A stretch of 64,000 nt of DNA from Candidatus Daviesbacteria bacterium. GTDB lineage: Bacteria > Patescibacteriota > Microgenomatia > Daviesbacterales > UBA10151. Of the stretch, positions 57,683 through 64,000 are shown in pieces (position 1 is the stretch's first letter; every line of letters begins with the position of its first letter). The position numbers and the translations under genes were made by a program. The stretch is from the NCBI GenBank assembly GCA_016184225.1, contig JACPDA010000004.1, positions 538,763-602,762 of the forward strand, written 5' to 3'. Below the pieces are notes generated by a model. That model saw only the letters and a list, made by a program, of their open reading frames with translations, did not search any database and was not told where the DNA came from.

Positions 57683-58416
57683 TTTAGCTTTACACCTTCG
57701 AGGTGGAAAGAGGTGGAAACCTAAACTTCATCATCTAAAAGATGGTGTTTAATAACTGCCAGTTGACTAGCATAATCAATTTGATTTTCCACAAACTCCT
57801 GATATTTTTCCGGAGACTTAAAGAACCCTAACACCTCATTAACCATACAAAAGAAGGGTTCATTCTTGATATACTCCAAATAAGAAGACCATTTATAGTG
57901 CTCCGGTTTCTTTACCAATCCTGAGACCACTGGATTAAGGTGAATATAACGGGTTACATGGACTAATTGCTCATCTGTTTCAATTCGCACTGCTTTGAAA
58001 GCGCCTTGTAAAAGTGGCCCGATCCGCCCGTATTTAACGTTAAAATACTTTGTATAACTGTTAGAAAGCTGACTTATAAAGATAGAGATGCCTTTGTCTT
58101 TTAATTGTCTAGCTAAAAAATGAAAATGATTCGGCATTAGGCAGTAACAGATAACTTCGACCAACTTTTCATTTAAAAGCGGTTTAAATAAGTTAGATTT
58201 TTTAAATTGGGAAAATTTTGGTTTGGGGCCGGAAAATTGATAGTAGTAGAAAGTCTTTTGGAACTTCGTATAGTCTCTAGGTTGGGTGTAAATATTTCTC
58301 TTTTCACTACCCCTATTGTAAATATGATAGTACTCACCACTTACTAAAGGAGTATTTCTTCCGGGCATAATTAAAGTTTAGCTTTACACCTTCGAGGTGT
58401 CAAGCTAAAGAGGTGT
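57683..58416 (-). mobile_element. RAYT locus: transposase flanked by REP palindromes
   Basis: tttagctttacaccttcgaggtg at 57683-57705 and 58377-58399, each followed by a gaggtg half copy. Confidence 0.85.
57721..58368 (-). CDS. REP-associated tyrosine transposase (Y1 HUH family)
   Basis: YHIYNRG, YCLMPNHFH (HUH), YIHLNPV, YKWSS. Confidence 0.93.
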   Translation of the reverse strand: MPGRNTPLVSGEYYHIYNRGSEKRNIYTQPRDYTKFQKTFYYYQFSGPKPKFSQFKKSNLFKPLLNEKLVEVICYCLMPNHFHFLARQLKDKGISIFISQLSNSYTKYFNVKYGRIGPLLQGAFKAVRIETDEQLVHVTRYIHLNPVVSGLVKKPEHYKWSSYLEYIKNEPFFCMVNEVLGFFKSPEKYQEFVENQIDYASQLAVIKHHLLDDEV

Positions 58417-58468
58417 CCAACTAAATGCAGATTTAATATTAGGTAGGGATTTTTGGTACAATAATCGA

Positions 58469-60382
58469 ATGATGAAGAGGGTTTATCTGGCAATTTGCTT
58501 CCTGGTTATTCTTATTTTTGTCCCCAGGGCCTATGCTGCTTCCGAATTTGCCACATCGTATGACGTTTTATATGATGTTGATGAATCCGGTGTAACTACG
58601 GTTACCGAAAAAATTACCCTCCGGAATTTAACTTCCGAGTATTATGCTAACCAATTTAAGCTGACTATCGGTGCAACGGAGATCTTTGATGTTAAGGCCT
58701 CTGACCCCGGAGGGGTATTGGATATTTCCCAGGAACAAAAAGACACCTCCACCACCCTGGATATTAAATTTAACCAGCAAGTGGCAGGACTGGGAAAAAC
58801 ACTGGTTTGGACTATAACTTTCAAATCAAAAGACTTTGCCGAAAAAGTAGGCAAGATTTGGGAGGTCAGGGTACCCAGAGTTTCCTCTTCTTCAAACCTG
58901 GAAGCATATAACCTAACTTTAGCTGTTCCCAGAAGCTTTGGTCCTCCCTCCCTGATTAGCCCAATCCCGAAAAGCCAAACTACCGATTCAAATAAAATAT
59001 TTTTAAGCTTTGATAAGGAAAGGCTGCAGGAGTCCGGAATTTCCGCCAACTTTGGCAGCATCCAACTTTTTGACTTTGATCTTGCCTACCATCTTGAAAA
59101 TAAAAGACTGGTGCCGGTGCTAACGCAGGTTGCCCTCCCGCCGGATACATCCTTTCAGGATGTTATTTATCAGAGGCTGGAGCCGAAACCCGTAAATGTA
59201 ACTGTGGACAGTGACGGTAATTACCTTGCTTGGTACCGTTTAAACAGGGGCCAAAAATTGGATGTTAAGTTAATCGGTTCAGCCAAGCTTTACACGAACT
59301 CCAAAGTTAAAAACCCATTCCTGAATGAAGTTCTGAGGAAAAAATACACGGAGTCCGGCAAATACTGGGAGAAAGATAACCCCCAGATTATGGCTAAATT
59401 AGACGAAATTCTAGGGGATAATCCCCCGGTTGATATGGAGGCAAAGGCCAGGTCGATTTTTCGGTTTGTGGTAGATTTCCTAAAATATGACTCGGAAAGG
59501 TTAAAGGAGGACAGTATAGAAAGAATGGGGGCAGTGACTGCTTTAAACAACCCTGATTCTGCCGTTTGTATGGAATTTACAGACCTCTTCATTGCCCTGG
59601 CTAGGGCTGCCGGTATCCCCAGCCGGGAGCTTGACGGATATGCTTACACGGCCAATACCGCCTTACGTCCGCTTTCTTTGACCAAGGATATTTTGCATGC
59701 CTGGCCGGAATACTGGGATGAGCGGCGTGGTTGGGTGATGGTAGACCCGACTTGGGAAAATACCACCGGTGGAGTTGATTACTTTAATAAACTGGACTTA
59801 AACCATTTTGTTTTTGTTATTAAGGGTTCATCCTCGGAGCAGCCTATCCCGGCCGGATCCTACAAAGGTGCTGACCAGGACACTAATGATGTCAAGATTT
59901 CTTTATCTGAGATCGATTTTTTGGGTAAGCCGCAAATTGATGTAGTCATTGAAAGTCCAGATCCGATCCTGGCAGGTTTTCCGGATTCTCTTACCGTGAA
60001 GGTGACTAACACCGGTAATGCTTTTTATCCTTCAGTCCCGCTGGCGATAACTGCCAATAAGACTTTAGTTTTGGCTGCTGGCGAGCAAAAGCTGGGGCCG
60101 ATACCCCCTTACGGTAGTGCTGAGTTTAATTACAATGTCAGGACAAAATCCTTGCTTGATTCTTACGACGACCAAGTGACTGTTTTAATCGGGGGTCAAA
60201 AATTTATAAAAGAAGTAGCTGTCAGGCCTTTTGTGCTGTTCCAGACAGTGCCTTTGATAATAGGGGTAATTGCCGGAGTAATGGCTTTAGTTTACCTGGT
60301 AGTTTTGGGAGGCCACTTTTACCGTAAGAGGTTCAAGGCTCACCTGCCTAATAAGAAAAAGATTAAGCACAAAAAGGCATGA
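58469..60382 (+). CDS. Exported transglutaminase-like protein
   Basis: Signal peptide, VCMEF.DLF.ALARA.GIP.R, HAW.E, W..VDPTW, C-terminal TM helix. Confidence 0.88.
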   Translation: MMKRVYLAICFLVILIFVPRAYAASEFATSYDVLYDVDESGVTTVTEKITLRNLTSEYYANQFKLTIGATEIFDVKASDPGGVLDISQEQKDTSTTLDIKFNQQVAGLGKTLVWTITFKSKDFAEKVGKIWEVRVPRVSSSSNLEAYNLTLAVPRSFGPPSLISPIPKSQTTDSNKIFLSFDKERLQESGISANFGSIQLFDFDLAYHLENKRLVPVLTQVALPPDTSFQDVIYQRLEPKPVNVTVDSDGNYLAWYRLNRGQKLDVKLIGSAKLYTNSKVKNPFLNEVLRKKYTESGKYWEKDNPQIMAKLDEILGDNPPVDMEAKARSIFRFVVDFLKYDSERLKEDSIERMGAVTALNNPDSAVCMEFTDLFIALARAAGIPSRELDGYAYTANTALRPLSLTKDILHAWPEYWDERRGWVMVDPTWENTTGGVDYFNKLDLNHFVFVIKGSSSEQPIPAGSYKGADQDTNDVKISLSEIDFLGKPQIDVVIESPDPILAGFPDSLTVKVTNTGNAFYPSVPLAITANKTLVLAAGEQKLGPIPPYGSAEFNYNVRTKSLLDSYDDQVTVLIGGQKFIKEVAVRPFVLFQTVPLIIGVIAGVMALVYLVVLGGHFYRKRFKAHLPNKKKIKHKKA

Positions 60383-61743
60383 TTCCTACTTTCCTTGATA
60401 AAGCTAAACTTCCTCACAAACCCGGTGTCTATGTATATAAAGACAAAACCGGAAAAGTGTTGTACGTGGGTAAAGCAATCGACCTATACCACCGGGTTGC
60501 CTCATATTTTTCAGGTGCTATATCCTATGGTGTCAACCTAACCCACCCCGGGGGTGTGCAAGGTTCACACCTAAGGAATACTAGAACTTCTGTGCTAAGT
60601 AATCAAATTGCTGCAGTAGAGACTATCGTGGTCGAATCTGAATTGGAGGCTTTAATCCTGGAAGCGAGCCTGATAAAAAAATACCTGCCGCCGTTTAATA
60701 CCAGGCTGACTGATGACAAAGACTATTTGTACATAATGGTGAGCAAGGATGATTTTCCCAAAATTCTGACTGCCAGGAAAAAGGATTTGAAGGCTGCAAA
60801 AGAACACTGGGGTCCTTTCCCTTCCAGCAGGACCGTCAAAGAAACTCTGAAATCCTTAAGGCGGGTTTTCCCCTGGTGTTCCCTTTCTTCGAACCTACAC
60901 TCCCGGTGTGTCAAGTCAATTCCACACCGGGAGTGGAAACCTAGGCCGTGCTTTTATTACCACCTGGGACTTTGCCCCGGGGTATGTATTTGCTTAGTTA
61001 ATAAGAAAGATTATCAAAAAATAATTACTAGGTTTTCTAAATTCATGGATGGTAAAATTGAAGAGCTGGTTGCTCAGTTGCTCGCAGAAATGATACAAAA
61101 ATCTAAACAGCGAAAGTTTGAAGAGGCTGCCAGGATTAAAAAAATCCTGGAGGGGATTACTTACCTGACACAGCCCAACCGGATCAAGCTTTATTTGGAA
61201 AACCCGAATTTCCTGGAAGATGAACGGCAGATTGCCCTGGAAGAACTTAAAAAAGACTTAAAGCTCAAAGTCTTACCCGGGCGGATAGAAGGCTATGATA
61301 TCTCCAATATCCAGGGTAAGCAAGCAGCCGGATCCATGGTGGTTTTAACCAACGGCGAGGTCGACAAAAGCCAGTACAGAAGGTTTAAGATTAATCCGCC
61401 GGCCGGCGGATCCGGTCAGCCAAATGATGTCGGAATGATGCAGGAAATTATCAGAAGGCGTTTGGCTCATCCAGAGTGGCCCAGACCTGACCTAATTATA
61501 ATTGACGGGGGACGTGGTCAAGCAAATGGCGCATACCGCCAACTCCAGGCTGCTAATTACCAAATACCAATCTTTGGTCTTGCTAAGAGAATGGAATGGC
61601 TTTATCCGCCCGAGGAAGAGATTTTGAAACTGCCAAAAAAAAGCCTGTCTTTGAAGCTGCTGCAAAAACTGCGTGATGAAGCCCACAGGTTTGCCATAGG
61701 TTACCACAGAAAACTAAGGAATCGAGTAATGATAGGATATTAG
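60379..61743 (+). CDS. uvrC: Excinuclease ABC subunit C, short form lacking the HhH tail
   Basis: PGVY...LYVGKA, RIEGYDISN, PDLIIIDGG.GQ, RDEAHRFA. Confidence 0.93.
   Translation: MIPTFLDKAKLPHKPGVYVYKDKTGKVLYVGKAIDLYHRVASYFSGAISYGVNLTHPGGVQGSHLRNTRTSVLSNQIAAVETIVVESELEALILEASLIKKYLPPFNTRLTDDKDYLYIMVSKDDFPKILTARKKDLKAAKEHWGPFPSSRTVKETLKSLRRVFPWCSLSSNLHSRCVKSIPHREWKPRPCFYYHLGLCPGVCICLVNKKDYQKIITRFSKFMDGKIEELVAQLLAEMIQKSKQRKFEEAARIKKILEGITYLTQPNRIKLYLENPNFLEDERQIALEELKKDLKLKVLPGRIEGYDISNIQGKQAAGSMVVLTNGEVDKSQYRRFKINPPAGGSGQPNDVGMMQEIIRRRLAHPEWPRPDLIIIDGGRGQANGAYRQLQAANYQIPIFGLAKRMEWLYPPEEEILKLPKKSLSLKLLQKLRDEAHRFAIGYHRKLRNRVMIGY
60523..60577. repeat. REP cluster in frame in the uvrC GIY-YIG domain
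   Basis: tcctatggtg..caccccgggggtg..cacctaagga; encodes SYGVNLTHPGGVQGSHLR. Confidence 0.8.
60898..60935. repeat. Inverted REP doublet in frame in uvrC
   Basis: Identical to 52274-52311. Confidence 0.92.
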
Positions 61744-61795
61744 GATATTGCGAGTCTCTTTATATCCTAGTATCATAATATCGAATCCCGTCTCA

Positions 61796-62197
61796 ATGAA
61801 AACCCTGCTTCGATATTTTCTTATAAATCTGGTTTCGCTTTGGGCCACCACCAAAATTATCCCCGGCTTAACCTATACTGGCGGGGCTAAAAGCCTAATT
61901 TTGGGAGGAGCAGCCTTCATGGCAATAAATCTGCTTTTAGTGCCCCTGCTGCGGATTTTATTTCTTCCACTTAACCTTCTTACTCTAGGACTATTCGCCT
62001 GGTTGACTAACGTACTGGCCCTTTATGCCCTGACTACCATAGTTTCAGACTTTCAACTGCTTCCGTATGCTTTTACTGGGTTCAGCTCCGGTGGATTTAA
62101 TATCCCTGCTTACGAGCTGTCTCCTTTTTTGGTGGCTGTGGTAGCCTCTTTCTTAATCGGTATGATTACCCATTTTCTCCAGTGGCTTGCCCACTAG
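61796..62197 (+). CDS. 4-TM membrane protein (YvlD/DUF360, holin-superfamily label)
   Basis: N..L.P.L..L.LP.N.LTLGLF...N motif; start moved to ATG 61796. Confidence 0.85.
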   Translation: MKTLLRYFLINLVSLWATTKIIPGLTYTGGAKSLILGGAAFMAINLLLVPLLRILFLPLNLLTLGLFAWLTNVLALYALTTIVSDFQLLPYAFTGFSSGGFNIPAYELSPFLVAVVASFLIGMITHFLQWLAH

Positions 62198-62220
62198 AAT
62201 CTGCTATAATCTAATACAAC

Positions 62221-62439
62221 ATGAAACCGGCTGTCACAATTATTCAAATTATTTTAGCCATCCTGCTTATCCTTATTATTATTATCCAGCAAAAAGGCTC
62301 TGGTTTAGGTTCAAGTTTTGGTGGTGGTGGAGAGTCAATTTACCGATCTAAAAGGGGTGCTGAAAAATTACTTTTTTATGTCACCATAGGAATTGCTCTA
62401 GCTTTCATATTTTCCTCTATTGTCGGCTTACTGCTCTAA
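62221..62439 (+). CDS. secG: Preprotein translocase subunit SecG
   Basis: Two TM helices flanking QQKGSGLGSSFGG...RGAEK.L. Confidence 0.9.
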   Translation: MKPAVTIIQIILAILLILIIIIQQKGSGLGSSFGGGGESIYRSKRGAEKLLFYVTIGIALAFIFSSIVGLLL

Positions 62440-62442
62440 ATT

Positions 62443-63819
62443 ATGAATTTTAGGTCTGTCAGGCTTTTTGTACTCATTGTTACTGAATATATTAGGAGGA
62501 ATTGGGTGTGGTTTGTAGGTGGGGTAATTGTACTTTCTTTTTTTACGTTTTTACAAATTAAATTTCAATTTCTACATTCAGAAAATATTTTAAGAATCGG
62601 TTTTGTGGGTACATATCAAGAACATGATTTGCCGGATGATGTCACTGGGTTTATTTCTACCGGGTTAGTGAAAGCTGATAATCAAGGAAGAATAAAGCCG
62701 AATTTAGTCACAGGTTGGGAGGTAAACAATGATGCCACGGAGTTTAAATTTAGATTAAAAGATAACCTTAGATGGATTGATAAGACAGCGGTTAAAGCTT
62801 CAGATTTAGACTTCAATATTCCAAATACCAGTATTTCCTATCCGGACGAGCGAACCATACAATTTAACCTGAAAGAATCCTATTCCCCGCTACCTTCCCT
62901 TCTTATAAAACCGGTTTTTAAAAAAGGGACACTTTTAGGAATAGGTCCATATAAACTGACAAAAATAGAGAAAAGCCGGATATTTATTACCAAAATTACT
63001 TTACAAGAAGAGAACCTCCGGCTACCTGTTATACAGATCAGGTTCTACCCCAATGAAAAAGTTGCCGCAGTAGGCTTAAGTTTGGGTGAGGTCCAAGCCC
63101 TTTTGGGCCTGACTAACTTAAAAGCTATTCCTAAAAACCTTTTAGTAGCTGTCAAACAAACCACGGACTATTCAAAAATTGTGACCATTTTGTATCAAAC
63201 AACAGATGCCCTTTTAGGTAACCGCTCGCTGCGGCAAGCGCTATCCTATATGGCTCCGAAAATAGCAGGGGAGGAAGAGGCAGATAACCCCTACCCTCCA
63301 AAATTCTGGGCTTACAATGGTGATTCCAAGAAATATTTATCCAATCCAAAAGAGGCGCAATCAGCCTTGGAGCGGGCAGAGTCATCTTTATCGGAAGACC
63401 AGCTGCGCTCGGAGTTAATTTTAACAACGACCCCTAACCTGGAAGATGTAGGAAAACAAATTGTTAAAGCCTGGAAAAAATTAGGCCTTGATGCTAAGCT
63501 GAGGGTGGAATCCGGCATCCCTCAAAACTTCCAGGCGCTTTTGACTACCCAAAGCATCCCTGCTGACCCTGACCAGTATTTTTTATGGCATGCCACACAA
63601 ACAAAAACTAATTTAACAAAATATGATTCCAAAAGGGTGGATAAGGATTTGGAGGATGGTAGGAAAATCATCACTGAGGATGAAAGGAAGGCCAAATACT
63701 TTGATTTCCAAAAAACTTTACTGGAAGATGCCCCGGCCACATTCTTGTATTTTCCTAAAACTAACATTGTTTATTTGAAAAAGGTAGGCCCCCTTTTAGA
63801 TAAAATCCTCAGCCTGTAA
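62443..63819 (+). CDS. ABC transporter substrate-binding protein, family 5
   Basis: GL......PNL...W, F.L.....W.D, G.GPY, D.PA.FLY. Confidence 0.8.
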   Translation: MNFRSVRLFVLIVTEYIRRNWVWFVGGVIVLSFFTFLQIKFQFLHSENILRIGFVGTYQEHDLPDDVTGFISTGLVKADNQGRIKPNLVTGWEVNNDATEFKFRLKDNLRWIDKTAVKASDLDFNIPNTSISYPDERTIQFNLKESYSPLPSLLIKPVFKKGTLLGIGPYKLTKIEKSRIFITKITLQEENLRLPVIQIRFYPNEKVAAVGLSLGEVQALLGLTNLKAIPKNLLVAVKQTTDYSKIVTILYQTTDALLGNRSLRQALSYMAPKIAGEEEADNPYPPKFWAYNGDSKKYLSNPKEAQSALERAESSLSEDQLRSELILTTTPNLEDVGKQIVKAWKKLGLDAKLRVESGIPQNFQALLTTQSIPADPDQYFLWHATQTKTNLTKYDSKRVDKDLEDGRKIITEDERKAKYFDFQKTLLEDAPATFLYFPKTNIVYLKKVGPLLDKILSL

Positions 63820-63880
63820 CTTACTCCTTTTTGGGGGGTTGACTTAAGGTAGCCTCGGTGGAACAATTACCCTCGGTTAT

Positions 63881-64000
63881 ATGACCAAAACCTTGAAAGA
63901 CACCTTAAAAGAAATCCAGATCTTGCTGGGTAAGCCGCATAGAAAGATTGCCGGGACACTCAGGGGCTATCTAAATTTTCTCAACCCTCCGGAAAACGGG
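63881..64000 (+). CDS. Possible CDS truncated by the window end
   Basis: ATG at 63881, open to 64000. Confidence 0.35.
   Translation, partial: MTKTLKDTLKEIQILLGKPHRKIAGTLRGYLNFLNPPENG

Noticed and set aside
61541-61569. Degenerate period-7 pattern in uvrC (aactcca ggctgct aattacc aaatacc)
   Set aside because: Too diverged to distinguish from chance by eye.
61796-62197. Holin-family label suggesting a prophage
   Set aside because: YvlD-like membrane proteins are common chromosomal genes; no phage structural or integrase genes nearby.
866-63767. Numerous short antisense or nested ORFs in the six-frame track
   Set aside because: They are shadows of well-supported genes and carry no independent motifs.
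1-64000. Alternative genetic code (TGA recoding)
   Set aside because: Conserved genes are full length under the standard code and several end in TGA (polX, gatC, rsmI).

Overview
Gene-dense chromosomal window (roughly 40% GC by eye) whose gene content and compactness suggest a Patescibacteria/CPR bacterium, Microgenomates-like (inference). It holds surface-glycan genes, polX-lemA-htpX-obg, gatCAB, dnaE, rplS, a short CysRS-like gene, two-component and Crp regulators, lexA, uvrB/uvrA/uvrC, a 1807-aa surface protein, five tRNAs (Gly, Thr, Asp, Glu, Lys), a Fic toxin/antitoxin pair and a REP-associated tyrosine transposase (RAYT). The main unexplained signal is that conserved housekeeping genes contain many tiny DNA elements that are translated in frame. 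(1) A CAC-N7-GTG REP family also flanks the RAYT gene: 27 bp are identical between the RAYT flank and gatA, and 38 bp are identical between uvrB and uvrC but read in different frames. (2) A 17-bp palindrome is flanked in all three copies by a perfect 4-bp target duplication (net +21 nt), and an empty-site allele is present in the window. (3) CCGCC..GGCGG and related palindromes. (4) TGTCATT-ended elements. (5) Heptamer tandem arrays, sometimes as inverted pairs and once apparently replacing codons without a length change. Also seen: a cassette-like island bounded by nested direct repeats at tRNA-Asp, duplicated gene ends at obg and tRNA-Lys, and -10 boxes 6-7 nt upstream of many start codons. 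All calls are from motif recognition by eye; no database searches were run.
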